From Azolla caroliniana (taxonomy: Eukaryota > Plantae > Polypodiophyta): DNA of 64,000 nt. The notes under the pieces were generated by a model. It saw nothing but the letters and a program-made list of their open reading frames with translations. It did not search any database and was not told the origin of the DNA. The stretch is taken from NCBI GenBank assembly GCA_043228905.1, contig JBHGNT010000009.1, positions 4,526,001 to 4,590,000 on the forward strand. The letters are read 5' to 3'. This document shows positions 24,301 to 38,312 of this stretch, one piece after another (the first letter of the stretch is position 1; each line of letters begins with the position of its first letter). The translations under genes and the position numbers were made by a program.

Positions 24301-27300
24301 TCTTTCATATTGGGAGAACAATGAGAGGCTGATTCAGATAGTCTACATGCAGCAGCATCAACTCTCCAACTATGTTATTCTTTATCATGACATAACGAAA
24401 ACTCCCAGCTATGTGCAGTTTTGGACATCTATAGGGAGTTATTCTCCAATTAGACACTAACCTTTCTCTGGAAATTCTGAGTCTGGCAATAAGCTGTACA
24501 CTTAGAATTATGAAGAAATTTTCAAGAAATTTCCGATGGCAAGCTACATGTCAGCATTGACAGTTTTAAAGATATAATCATTCTTCAAGTGTGGGAATTT
24601 GAGTTCACAACACTATACCTTTTCAGAGAAAAACTTTACACCCTTATCAGGGAAATCGGCCTCATAAGTCTCACCCAGAAGCGGATTGAAAGGCTTACAA
24701 TTCCGGTCTTCTGTAGAGGCATAACCAGACACAGCAAATGCGGCAACATTGAGTAGTCTCATAAGGGAATTCCCCTATAAACAAATTTAAAAAATAGTTC
24801 AAAAATATAGGAACCATATTCTCATATACCCAATTACCATTCTTGGTAGAAATAAACACATTATACCCGTTTCCCCCACTCAGACGCTCGATCGAGTAGA
24901 TATGAATATTCAAGATCTTCAAAGCATTTTTGCAATGATGATATCGGTTCATTAAATGACACAGGAAGGCAAACTCTTGTTAGATCCATCCCAATGCTAC
25001 CTTTGATCAATGACCACAAACTAGCCTCTTTCTCCTTCTCCTTTGGCTCAGGCAACCTTTTTCTTCTCTTAACATAAGGATAGTTGGAATCAACAAGATC
25101 AATGCTTGATGAATCTGAAGCACCTTTAGGATTTGGGGTTGCATCATCATCAGATACACTGCCAAGTGAATCTGAATGGCTTTTCCGGCGATGTGAAAAA
25201 ATCTCATTTGTATCAAAATACACATCATCATCTTCATCAGTCTCTGTGCCATGTTTCTCCATGTCTTCATCAAAATCCATTGCACTTCCTTCACCAAGTT
25301 AAATCCAAAAGAACAGAAAAGAAACATATGAGATATTTGGAGCAAGTTGAGAAACCATTAAAAAAACATAGTGAAACAATTCATTTACCATCTCTTTCTT
25401 GTCCAAAGATCACAGAATGATCCCGGTCGTGCAAGTGCTGATCAACTACAGTGGTCTCCAGCTCTATCTTCTCTGCCTGAAAATGAATGTGGATTGAGCA
25501 AACACCTCAATTTTGAAATTATTTTCATTAAGTGGACCATAAGAAAGTAAAGTGTTTCAAGAAGTTGAACCTTCCTTGATAGACGAAAGGAAAAAGAAGA
25601 CTTTCTACTGGTTGAACTCCCTACCTCAATCAATCTCAACTTCTCAATAAGGCCAAGATAATTTTGTTGCAAGTATTTCACTTGCTCTTGAAGCTCCACA
25701 AACTCCGACTTCATAATGTTTTCACACTCAGTCACTGCAGCATCATTGAGTCCCTCTTCAACAAGTCGACATCGTAACTTGTTAGTGGGAATTGTTTTTC
25801 CTTCAAAAGGCAGCAATAGTCCATGCGGAATGGGAAACTTTGAAAGCAAGTCTTTCGATGCCAGAAGAGAATCTAACCATGCATTCCTATCTTCCCTTGT
25901 CAATGCTCGTAAATTCAATGTTTTTGTGCCAGTGAATATGTAGAATTTCTTCTCATCGGTTTTGCTCTTCCGAATTGATGAAACCTGGCATGAAACATGC
26001 TGCAATTCACAAACCAAATAAACAGAACTTGCATGCAATAGCAGTTCACATTCACTCTCAAAGATGAAACCACTCATTGTTAGGCTATCACAACCCCTCA
26101 AAACTCCATTTAATTTTCTCACACTTGGTCCTCCAAGGATGTTGATAGAACTATCTAGCCATACATGGTGCAACTCTCACAAAACCTTGCAAAAAATTAC
26201 ATGGGTCTTCTTTAACCACTCATCGTGAGACTATTACAACCCCACTACACCTATGTAATCTTTTCTCTCACATTCAGTCCTGTGACCAATATTTCGGCTC
26301 CAGGGATGCTAATAGAACTATCTATCAATGAATCAATATGTCAATTTATCAATGAACTGATCCATCAATTTATTAGAGAATCAATATATACATCTATCAT
26401 TTTATCTACCTACTTGAGCTTCAAGATTATAATAAAGTGAAAACCCATTTGTAAATGTGATTCTCTAGAGATTGTGTTCCGCAGATCCTGGATTCAATAG
26501 TTGAACCATAACATGGAATCGATGATAAGATAATTGGAGAAATGCAATCAAAAGGAAATCAATCTTGTAAACGCAATTCTCAGGAGATACAGTATTCATC
26601 AAACATATGTTTCCCCCGATCCCATGTTGAATGGTCCCCAGCAACACAGAATTAAACTGCCGGCTGGTCAGGGACAATCTATCTATCTACCAATAATTCT
26701 GTCATTATGAATGCCTATCTATCCATCTACTATCCTTATCAATCTCTCAATCTAGGATCCTACGGATCAATCTCAATCTAGGATCCTTATCAACCTCTCA
26801 ATCTAGGATCCTAAGGATCAATCTATCAATCTAGGATCCTTATCAACCTCTCAATCTAGGATCCTAAGGATCAATCTATCAATCTAGGATCCTTATCAAT
26901 CTCCCAATCTACAATCCAATCTATCTCTCTATCAATTTCCAGCTTTGAGATAATAAGTTCTGAAAGAGAACCCAACGCACCTGTAAATGCAATTCTCCAG
27001 AGATCTTGGGTTCATCGGCAGTGGAATTGCAATGTTTTTTGAAGTACCGGATTGAATGGTCACCCATAATACGGAGTCCACTGATTGGTCTATCAGAAGC
27101 GAATGTGATTTTGTCAGGCCCGTGGACTTTATAATATGAAAAGACTCCATCTTTCAGAACGAACCATCTGGGTCTCCAACCTTTACCAAAATTGACCCAT
27201 TTGTATAGAATTCCAGCCAATTTGGATGAATCTTCGATATTGCTTTTCTCATCCTCTTCATCCAACACAAGTCGAAGAGACTTTGATGCTCGAAAAGATG

Positions 27301-27349
27301 ATGATTCAGAAATTGGCTTACCATTGGATAGAAGAGTAGATGAGGGCAT
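21313..27349 (-). CDS. Oxysterol-binding protein-related protein with N-terminal PH domain (plant ORP1/ORP2 class), about 737 aa, 10 exons
   Basis: Exons (minus): 26981-27349, 25625-25984, 25389-25476, 24867-25288, 24619-24774, 22997-23164, 22664-22804, 22275-22505, 22071-22184, 21313-21477. All GT-AG and in frame, 2214 nt. PH '[20 protein letters not shown]'; ORD '[19 protein letters not shown]', '[12 protein letters not shown]', 'EKVSHHPM', '[18 protein letters not shown]', 'YVGGYWEAR'. Confidence 0.93.
26738..26902. repeat. Minisatellite of TCAATCTAGGATCCT-containing units in ORP intron 1
   Basis: Six copies of CAATCTAGGATCCT spaced about 22-30 bp apart. Confidence 0.85.
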
Positions 27350-28070
27350 GATTTCTTTTATTTAATCTCAACTCTCGTGAGGAGAGATGTTTTTCTATTA
27401 TGAATAGAAGAAGAGATGGTTGCTTAAAGAAAGGATTTTCCACAAATTTGGCAACACCTTGTGAACACCATAACCATGCATACTAGGTTTCAATGATAAA
27501 TCATTCAACAAGAGAAGTTTCTTTATATATACGTTGACGGCGGATGATGAAAAACACAAAAGATTAATCTGTGGACAATGAAAAGTAGAGAAATTCTCTC
27601 TTTCTATCTGTTGGAGATCATGAAAACGTCATTAGGAAGAACCATGGATAAGGAGTACGGTTAGGATCTATGGTATGATGAAGAAAACCGAAGCAATATG
27701 ATAATAGCCCATGGATTAGAGTTTATATCCTCATCTGATGATGCAAAGGGGGATGAGCAGGGGAGGAGGGGAGGAGAGGGGGGAGGGGCGTTATCTACAA
27801 ATTCAAGAAAAAAATAGGAATCGGGTTAGGGATGATGTGCTGTGGCGATTAAGAAGAGGGGAAATCTTCTTAGAAAGATCATGGTTTATAGCTAGGGTTA
27901 GGGTTAGGGTTAGGGTTTATCTGATCTGATAAAAGAACCATGGAAATAGGGTTCATTCGGATGAAAAACAAGGGAAGAAGCTTTCCCAAAAGGCCCTAAA
28001 AGGCCTGTGCAGCAATGGAGCCGAGTGTTGTGGCATGTGAAGCATTTAACAGTGGTTGACATGACTCCAT

Positions 28071-28072
<2 letters not shown>

Positions 28073-28109
<37 letters not shown>

Positions 28110-28189
28110 ATGGTGAGCAAGAAAAAGAAGAAGAAGAAGAAGAAGAAGAAGAAGAAGAGGTTTTAAGTTCTTCTTGGGTGGGGCCTGGC

Positions 28190-28220
<31 letters not shown>

Positions 28221-28353
28221 TCTCTCTTGTGTGTGTGTGTGTGTGTGTGTCTCTCTCTCTCTCTCTCTTGTGTGTGTGTGTGTATGTCGCTCTCTCTCTC
28301 TCTCTTGTGTGTGTGTGTATGTCTCTCTCTCTCTCTTGTGTGTGTGTGTGTAC

Positions 28354-28407
<54 letters not shown>

Positions 28408-28480
28408 TGTGTGTGTGTGTGTGTCTCTCTCTCTCTCTTGTCTCTCTCTCATGTCTCATGTCTTTGGGTGTGTGTGTTCT
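28073..28480. repeat. Compound microsatellite (GA)n/(GAA)n/(CT)n/(GT)n
   Basis: Alternating CT and GT tracts; accounts for the ORFs called at 28007-28664. Confidence 0.95.
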
Positions 28481-28816
28481 AGTTTGTGCATGTGAAGAGT
28501 CTAAGACAGTGAATTATATTGTGTGCCGATTCGTCGAAATGGATATGGTGTTACAAGAATTTCAGCGACACGGAAATCTCTTGGAGCGCATAGACAGACG
28601 GATGGACAGAAATACAGAGAATGCCCGCCCATCGAGAGCACGTTATATATCTGGAATAACTTGAATCATACACAGTGTGCGTATATTGGAATGGAGTAAG
28701 TAATCTACCATTATAGATTGGAGTTTGAATTGATGGCTTTACGAAGTCCCCGGCCTAATGGTGTGTGAAATACATCGATGATCTTTAGCATGGGACAAGG
28801 ACATCGTTTCTGCTTA

Positions 28817-28867
<51 letters not shown>

Positions 28868-31800
28868 AAAGCATCATGTTGACCCATTTGTCGTATGGCT
28901 GGATTGCTTTGCCCATCATCTCAGGTGCACGAAATTTGGCAGATGGAAACATCTTCACCGAACACACGATAGTGTATCCTACAATATAATGTGCCACCCG
29001 TTGTTAGAACTAAGTTGATAGGATCTTTAACATATGGCCCCTTATATCAATTTTTTTGTCATGCATGTGAATCCAACGTGAAACTTGATGCAGGCTGTGA
29101 AGAATGAACAAAGCATCTTGTCGCATTTATAATGCAGAAAAGTGTCAGTAGAAGAGAAATAGTGAGTCAGGTGATTGATGTAACACATTGTTTTGATGAC
29201 ACCTGTGTAAAGACAATTGTCCTAAGAGTACAAGGGTGTGCATGAATCTATGATGTGTAATGGGCAAGATTGTGAGATTAAAGAAGATTAGGAATCAACA
29301 ACTGAAGCGTGAGAACAAATCGAGGGGTTTAAATGCAATATATGATATACTTGAAGGGAAGTAATCTCGGAGAAAGGTCCTACTACCATGTGGGTGTTCT
29401 ACGCCTACGACACTAGGGGGAGAAACTTGGTGTCTACATGTCTGCTTTCCCGCTTCATGGACTTTTGAGTAAAGAGTCAAGAAACTATAATTGTCATTGT
29501 CCCTCTCAAATCTAATTATGTTTTAATAATACGGCTCAAACCAAATAGAAAAAACATGGGATGTTGCTTCACATTATGAATCACGATCACAATGATGCAC
29601 ACTGCATTTTCATAGAAATAAATTTGCTCTCCCCAAGGTCATACTCGTAATCGTGAATTTTGCACCATCGATGTCATATCTAAAAGCATAAGAAGATTCA
29701 TGGTTTCCAGAACAAGGTGTGTCATTCTCTTAAAAATGTAATAATAATAATACATTGCTTGGTTGTTCTATTTAGTTTTAGTCTCCTTTTAATTGGCTCT
29801 AATTTTCACATTGCTTTTGCAAAGTTGAATTTATCGTCAAAACACAATGGGCAAAATTACTATCTATGCATAAACATCTTCATTGAGACCATGTCAGATC
29901 ATATCTAGAAGGCATCTACTCAAGCCAATCACATGGTAATGATCAATATTGTGAATTTTGTGTGCTTGAAATTCAGTACAACTTCTCAAATTATGTTAAT
30001 TTCATTCGTAAACCATCGGCCATATATTCGGAAAAGACAACTATTATGTCCAACTACTTGAAACAACCACACACATAGTTTATTCAGGCATTGTTTTGTT
30101 TACTTTATTCCATATCCCTACAATGTCCAATTGGTAGGTGTTTGCCTATTAACTAACATAAACTATTTTCAAAATTTGTGCAAATAATTAAGTGAGTATT
30201 TGGTTTTGGTTGCATTCGATTGTTTCGAACCTTTGATGTTCATATATACATGTCTTCATGTGTTTCTAAATGTATGCATGAATACATAGTAACTTTATCA
30301 TCATTCCTTCCCTCTCAATCAAGCATATCAAGGACGTTGACAATGAAATAATGGTTATGAATGAGAAACTTTTTTAGCTCACAATGTGCAAAGTGTCCCT
30401 GCCACCTAGTACTGATGATGCATCAACCAAGATCTACAACATTAGCATGTAACACTAACCTGTTGACAATGTTAACATTAACATTATCAATGGGCTATTA
30501 CATTACATCAATTGGTTGCGATGGGGACCCACAGTTTGAAAAAAATGATCGTGTGGGTGGGCATGGTGGCGTTCCCAGAACCAACCATACCTCACTTTCA
30601 TGTCTAGTTTGTGTGTACGCGCATGGGACACATGGAGGGTGTGTGGTGCTCACAAAAATAAAATACACATACGAATAAAAGTCTTTTAAAGTCTTTTAGG
30701 CCATACAATCAATATATGAGAAAATGTTATATGATACATGGAAAAAAGGACACTAATGTCATGAATTATATAGGCTTGGGCTCAATATATTATATATGTA
30801 TAGATCAATTGAGTCTGTATGTGGTTATACTTGTATCAGTTGTAACTTGTATGTATTGGCTTCTTATTTACAAGTTGCAGATTTATGAGTTTGAAAGAAG
30901 AAATATATATATATACCATGAGGTGTATTGTGACGTAATCCTCGAGTTCTATGTATCCCAAACCTCTATATATTTTCGGTTGTTGAGTTTTTCCATTTTT
31001 GAAAAGATGTAAGAGCATGTTTTTAGTGTTACCAAAAGTAAACTTCAACACAAGAAGATTGCAATTTTTTTAAAAAAAGAGTCCATTTCTTTACAAGCTA
31101 TTAAAAAAATGTTATAGTTTTTCAGGCTTTCATCATTGTCTAACAGTAAATCCCAACCCTCTCAATTCTTTATTTAGTTTATCTTATGGAAAACAATTTC
31201 CTCATTTACATCGAGTTGGTTGAGACTTTCAACTACTCGACCAATTTTGACCATGGGAGAGAGTTTACGTTCACATCTATCTAATCCCCATCAAACATTC
31301 AATGAGACCTCATGCTCCTCTAACAGTATGTATGGCGAAGCTTTGCTAAGTCATGGAAAATAACTTGTTGAACATTGCTTGTACCTAACACAATGCTTTG
31401 TGGATTGTGCAAAAGATAGAAAGAGCCACACACAATTATAATTAGAACATACAAAACAAGAGTTATACTAACTTGCATTCTTTGTTTTGGAAATAAATAA
31501 ATAAATAAAATTGTAAGCTTCTGGGCAGAGAAGCTCAAATTGTCGCCTTCGGGTGTTTTTCGTTAATACTACTGAAGAAAATCTTTGAAGGAAAAAAAAA
31601 ACGCATTCTTTAGTCTCTTACAAAGTGCTTTAAAATGCAATGATGTGTAAGGTATGCATGATTCCTTTAATATTGAAACACCTTACATGCATGTGTACAC
31701 ATATTTGTATAGCATGAAGAGATGTCTATATATCTTACTTTTTCTTAATATAATACCTCGTTTGATATAAAAATCAGTTAAATTCCAAGTATCGACGTTT

Positions 31801-34800
31801 TATGCACGAATTTTCCATACACGAGGTGAAGAACAACTTGAGGTAATGATTTAAAGCATAAAATTGATATTATATGAAAAATAGGTCATGAAAATCCTTA
31901 TGGCATGCATTGCAATGTTTGGCAACCTTATCATCATAGAACCTAAGGGTCGTCGAGTGTAGAATCTTCTATTTATCATTAATGTATGCAAGAAATGGTA
32001 AGTACGTGATTGCTATTTTTATCGCATATGAGTGTGAAAATACCATGCAGGGTAAAAAAAAGGTAATGCTATTAATTAAGTTTCATGATAAACATGCCAT
32101 TATTAGTCTTTGATTTGCTCCCCTCTCCCTATCTAGAGGGTTAGAGGCTTCACATTTTCTCTCTCATCATAACTTTGCATATAGACCATCATCTTAATCT
32201 TTATTCCACCCATCAAGTGAAGATGTCACATTACCATATAGCTACATTCACCAACTTGTATTTCATGGTTTCGCCACTTGTCCTTGATATATGGATACCT
32301 ATTGTATGTATGCTCTCTATGTGACCACCGGATAAATACACACCTCTTCACATCACCTCAATATAGAGACTGATGGACGAGAGAAAGAGATGGTTGATAG
32401 TAGATACCATGCTATGCGAACTACATGGGAGGGACATAGAGTTTAGAGAAACATTACATTTGTAGATGTACACTATATACTATGACATGTGATGCAAATA
32501 TCATTGTTAGTTTTGAGTGGGTTTGGGACCACAATACCATATCATGCAATTCCAGGCCCAATAATGTTTGTGTCTCTATCTAATGTAGCTTCAAAGATGC
32601 AAATCAATCATATTGAAAGATAATGACTCACACACTCATTGGAACAGCATAAGGTGATTGACCATAAATTACACCCCCCAAATATCACATGTTCCATAAC
32701 CCACCTAAGTCTAAGAGGCAAATGCCTTGGAGAGTGTAGACTAGTCGGTGACTACCATATGGTCCAAATCATTCACGAGAAGAACGAGGCACTCCACAAA
32801 GAGATAAGAGACACATGGAAATCATTGGTGGCTTGAGTCTAAACCCTTCAAGTACAATCAATAGTACAATCAAGGCGAGGCACCTCATGAGGTGATGGGA
32901 TGGGTTAACATGAACAATTTAACCTCCTCATTTTCTATCTTTATTTAGGGCATGTTTTCCATTTCTCAAACAAGTTATATAATGTATATTGTTTTGGCTC
33001 CATAGGTCACATTGGTCTCTTTTAGATATATGAATACATTTATTATTATTACAATTTATTATCATTAATGTTTTCTGTCTCTCATCATACCCATACACAC
33101 TTTTAAGTGACAAGTCTATTTCTAGCCCTCTAAAATCACCACTCTCTTTCTAAAATTTGGAGAGAACGAGAGAAGCATGTGATTTTTGAGACAAGGAGTA
33201 GAGGTATGTTGAGAAAGAGAGGAGCGAAGCATTCATTAGACATTCTGCTCCCTAAGAGAGCCTTAAATTGTTTCCATTATGTTAGGGAAGCATTTAAACT
33301 CCAATTTTGTGAGACAACGAGCTTAAATGGAACTTGACTAATCAACTATTGTCGTTAAACATGGCCTTAACGAGACAATACACAATTGTATAATGCACAC
33401 TAAAATCCAATAGAACTACTACAAACCTAGGGACAAAATGTCATATGACAAACTCATGAATCAATGTGTCGTTGGACTATATGATGACCCTACCTTACAT
33501 AATTTCCTAGCCATGTAAGAAAGTAGGTTGTTCTTTGAAGGATGCACCAAGCTTATTTTTTTACTCATGAACTTATTTGCCAAAAACGTTTGTTCTCTTT
33601 CTTGTATAAACAACATAATTCGGCCACAAGGATTAGACTTGGTAGACTTTCCTTACCATTGTGTAAATCTTCCATCCTGCAAGCATTCACAAATCATTGT
33701 TTTTATGCTTTTGGGAACGTTGCAAAAGAACATTACAAAAGGCAGGAACAAGCGTGGAAATTGTTGACCAGCATGCACAAATTAATTCTCATTGCATGTA
33801 CAAAGAAAATTTAAGAGGATCTTGGTTGGATGGGAGTGATAGTGCAACATTATATGATTCCTCATCATTTAGGTTATTCCATTTCTAAGAATGTGTCTTA
33901 ACACATTTGTAAGAATGTGCCTAACGTGAAATTCCTAGATTGAATATCTGATAAAGTGCAAACAAATTTATGTATTGGATAATGCAAGAATGGTCTTTTG
34001 TGTCCAATTTAAAGTGGTCCAATCAATCATGATTCCTATGGTATCATATCATTTACCATTCATTGTTGCCATGGTTTTAAATAGCTATTTTAAAGTCAGC
34101 CACCTCAAAGTCATTCACTTTATGAAAGAGGAAGGAAAATTTAGGTTTCACTTGGGTGAATGCTGGATTATATAATCATGGGCTTACTACTCTCTTCAAG
34201 AAAAATAGGTTTTGTTGTGATAATTATCATTATACCCCAAAAGGACCATCTCAAAAATGAGCTACCATTTTAAGGGGTCATCACATGTAACAAAAGAAGT
34301 TAGATTTGTTACACGTCAATAATTTCCAATCTATTTGGTTTGGTTGTACAATGTCAACACTTTCACTTTTTCTTGAAATTTATCAATTAGCATTCCCTCT
34401 AAAAAGGGGGCATTAAGACATTTCTCATTCGGTATGGCTTATTTAGTCACCTAAAGTTCCATAGGTGAGCAAAGTTAGAAGTGTTAGCGTGTCAACCATG
34501 GGAAATGGCCCATTCAATTGCATAACATTACATAGTAAGTTCAAAAGATAAAGATACGTGTTTGTGCACATAAGTTTGGATCGTAAACTTTGACTAAGAT
34601 TGCATTGACCAAAGATGGTTACTTTCTAATGACCACCACCCAACTCTATGATTTGAGTCCCCATACCATTCACATCTGTGGATAAATAGGAAAAACTAGT
34701 AATCTTCTCTAAGAATCCCAACCACAATTGAGAATTGTACTAGCAATTCTAAAACATGCCCTTCAATTACATTAGCAATATCATAAACACCGACTATGTC

Positions 34801-34988
34801 ACCCCCCCTACTTCTCTTGGATGCTAGATAGAAATGGTTTTCTACTTTCTAAACAGCTTGGGGGATTGGTCTTGTAATTCAAACCCTTGCCATGTAAGTC
34901 ATAAGCCATACATTGAGAGTTCAACTCTTGCTATTGCTCTTGGTTGTATGGCATTAAGAGAGAAAAGATATACATATCTTGCTGCATT

Positions 34989-35260
34989 GTAGGTCTAAGC
35001 TTTTTAGCCTTGAATATTGCAAAATTGCAATGATCTAATATGCCCACAATTTTATGAGAAGCTCTTCATCCTTTGCCTATACCACAAAGGTAAAAAAAAA
35101 CACTACCATCAATATAGACATCGTAGGTGTAAGCTTTTTGGCCTTGAACATTGCAAATTGCAATTCTCTAATATGGCCACAATTTTATGAGAAGCTCTTC
35201 ATCCTTTGCCTATAACCATAAAGGTAAAAAAAAAACACAATACCATCAATATAGACATCC
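34989..35260. repeat. Direct tandem duplication, about 134-bp unit x 2, downstream of the cyclin stop codon
   Basis: GTAGGT.TAAGCTTTTT..CCTTGAA...CACAATTTTATGAGAAGCTCTTCATCCTTTGCCTATA...TACCATCAATATAGACATC occurs twice. Confidence 0.85.
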
Positions 35261-35380
35261 TATCGAATTCAGTAACACAAAGAAAACAAAATTTGATTGT
35301 TTTGATTGAAAGCGATTTCGCTACTAAAACACGATAATCCCATGCGATGAAATACGAAAAAGACATGGGTTAAGTGCATT

Positions 35381-37142
35381 TTACCTTTGCAACATGATCA
35401 AATCCTTTGCATTGGTCGAGTCTTCCCGATCAAAAGAAAGCGGCAAGCTTCTCTCAATTGATTTGTGGCCACAAAGACCAAATTCCCGTTCCAAGTGAAA
35501 ACAGTATCTTTCAAATGTATGCAACGTCACGCCCACTCTGAAATCCAGGCGAAAAAGCAAATCCATTTCCATCATGTTCAGCTCACTTGTGCTTATCCCT
35601 CCAACTTTAGCATAGAATGCATTATTGTAGTGCCTAAAAAAGGGGGTAAAAAAACACTTAGCTGTCATGAGTAGCACACACATGTTTCATCCTAACATGA
35701 ACTAAATACAGTGGATATATCATGAACATTGCTTTCACATATTACTGCATATATAGACACTACATTTACAATGTAAGAATTTCATGATGCTGGTGATGTA
35801 AAGAATTCCACAATACCAATCAGCATATCAACATTGCACCATAACATTATATGAAATTTCAAAAGTCCCACAGCCATATGACACCAGAACTTAACATTTA
35901 GTGGTGCAAAAAATTAATTGAAAAGAATTCCAAGGTAAATTAAACTAATGGGAAATGATTTCTGGTCAAATTAACTACATTGGCAAACTAATGCTAGATT
36001 ACAAGCTATTCACCAATGTCTGGATGGCTAAGGTACGAACATCGACCTTATGACCTAGGGTTTAAAGGGCTAGCTATGGTGTGTACCTCCCACAATTTTA
36101 TTCATTCTATCTATGTTATCCATTTTTAGAACGACGGTGGTGTACACATGCCTGCATATAGTTGTTATACATTATCAAGGGTCTTTGCAGCATCTGGGTA
36201 GCATGATTGATATGACAAGAAGCGAATGTGAGACTTTACTGTTCCTTGGCGAATAAGTCCTTCATCATTACAGTATGGTGAATTCACAATGTAAGAATGT
36301 GCAAAAGAGAACACAATCATAAATGATCAAAGCTTGGTCTTCAATAAGCTATACATGAAATGCTTTCAAAGATAATGGGAGAGGATCACTTTCCTCCATC
36401 CATCTTTAAAGGCTGGTCTGATAGCAATACACAACCCAGAAGTGGCTCAGTTGAAACATCCAAAATGAACTTCACTACACAAATTGGGGAACTCGATTGC
36501 ACAACCAAATTCAAGAACTCTAAATAGAACTTACTATGTTACATATGCAAAATTAGATGACTTAAGTGATGCAATAAAATTGACAAACTTAATTACACAT
36601 CCAATGTGAACTGCTTACACATCATCGAGGGTCTTCGCAGCTAGCATGATTGATGTGATGAGGAGCCGATGCACATTGAGCGAAGTGATGGGCTGGTCGG
36701 GCTTTCGATGCACAAAACGATCCATGAATGTATATCCCACAACAAAGCAAGAAGGACTACAATCAGCATATTTATGGATCCTCTCCAAGTACCTTCGAAC
36801 ACTGATATCAGGCGGCCGAAGGCCATGAAATAGACTAAGTTGTTCTCTGTTGTTATTCATATGTATATGACCATGTGAGGAATGACCCATAACTGTCTTA
36901 TAACCCACATTGTATGCAGCTTTAGACACAGAGAAATCTTGTTCATTTCTCGCAATTAGATACTCCAATGCATAAGCCAACACTGATAAGATCTTTGGGA
37001 GTTCTGTATGGTCGGAGCTGGAGCTTGGAGATATATCAGGTGTAAATATGATTTCACCTCTATTTGATGTATTTGAAAGTGGTTTATGCGATTTACTTGG
37101 TCTACCATATTTATCACCATATTGGGCTCTCTGTAGAGCCAT
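35381..37142 (-). CDS. CYCU: U-type (P-type/PHO80-like) cyclin, about 258 aa, 2 coding exons
   Basis: Exons 36619-37142 and 35381-35633 (phase-2 GT-AG intron, 777 nt). Motifs 'FHGLRPPDISVRRYLERIHKYADCSPSCFVVGY', '[33 protein letters not shown]', 'ELNMMEMDLLFRLDFR'. Confidence 0.92.
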
Positions 37143-37189
37143 GGCCTATCAGACCCATCTGTAATGAAGGAAAACGGTATGCAAAAAAA

Positions 37190-37612
37190 GATCATATTAG
37201 ATGCTAAAACATGCATTGATCATATCCGATAAAAAACTTGGATCATACCAGATGCGAAAACTTGATCAAGGCAGATGCTAAAAGTACTACCAGATACAAA
37301 AGAACTTGATCGTATCAGATACAAACACTTGATTATGCAGATGATACTCGACACAAAAAAATTGAATCATATCAGATGCAAAAACTTGATCACAGAAGAA
37401 GCTAAAGTTACTACCAAATACAAAAAAAACTTGATCATATCAGATGCAAACACTTGAGCATTCAGATTATTATTGTTGATCATACTCGACTCAAACACTG
37501 AATTATATCAGATGTAAAAACTTGATCGTATACAAATACAAAAAGAACTTTCATCATATCAGATACGAAAAAAAATCATAACTACAAGAAAAAACCTTGA
37601 ACACATCAGATG
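37190..37612. repeat. Diverged about 22-24-bp tandem repeat (AAAACTTGATCATATCAGATGC-like) in the putative CYCU 5'-UTR intron
   Basis: More than 10 decayed copies of AACTTGATC...CAGAT. Confidence 0.7.
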
Positions 37613-37969
37613 GAAAGCATTGATAATAGCATGTACATAATACTTTCTTTTCATCATACAATAAATAGGAAAATGATTGGATTGAGCACCTGTTCGACGG
37701 GTTATATCATAGAAACTCATACGAATTTAACATGGCTATATAGCTTGTGAATATTTGTTTATGGCTTTGATGAAAGATGGAAAATATTTAATTCAAGATC
37801 AATGTGTAAACAAATCTGTCTGACGTTGCTTAATAATATCAGGCATTGTTTGACGTAATATTAGGCTCTGAGACGATGATGATGTTAATGGCGTAGAGAT
37901 ATGTGGGTATGATGAAGATACGAAGAGAAAAGCACCAAAAGCATATACAAGGAAGCGTTCAAAAGCACA

Positions 37970-38312
37970 GAGGACGAAAGCAGAAATGGGTACCTGAGGA
38001 AAGCAAAAAACAAAAAACAAAAAAAAAGAGATGGGCGATTGATTGAGAGGATGAAAGCAGAAATTTGTATCTGAGGAAAGCAAAAAACAAAAAACAAAAA
38101 AAAAGGAGATGGGCGATTGATTGAGAGGATGAAAGCAGAAATGGGTACCTGACTGAGGAGGAAAGCAAAAAAGCAAAACAAAAATAGGAGATGGGCGATT
38201 GATTGAGAGGATGAAAGCAGAAATTTGTATCTGAGGAAAGCAAAAAACAAAAAGCAAAGAAAAAGGAGATGGGCGATTGATTGAGAGGATGAAAGCAGAA
38301 ATGGGTACCTGG
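37970..38312. repeat. Tandem repeat, 77-82-bp unit x about 4.5, upstream of CYCU
   Basis: GAGGATGAAAGCAGAAAT(GGGTAC/TTGTAT)CTGAGGAAAGC...GAGATGGGCGATTGATTGA, with two variants alternating. Confidence 0.9.

Noticed and set aside
26738-26902. Regularly spaced palindromic repeats superficially like a CRISPR array
   Set aside because: Spacers are short and themselves repetitive, the array lies in a plant intron, and there are no cas genes; it is a minisatellite.
28007-29480. ORFs over and after the compound microsatellite
   Set aside because: ER/SL/CV repeat translations; the downstream segment has no identifiable homology.
29500-34900. Scattered 60-105-aa ORFs
   Set aside because: AT-rich intergenic sequence with no recognisable domains.
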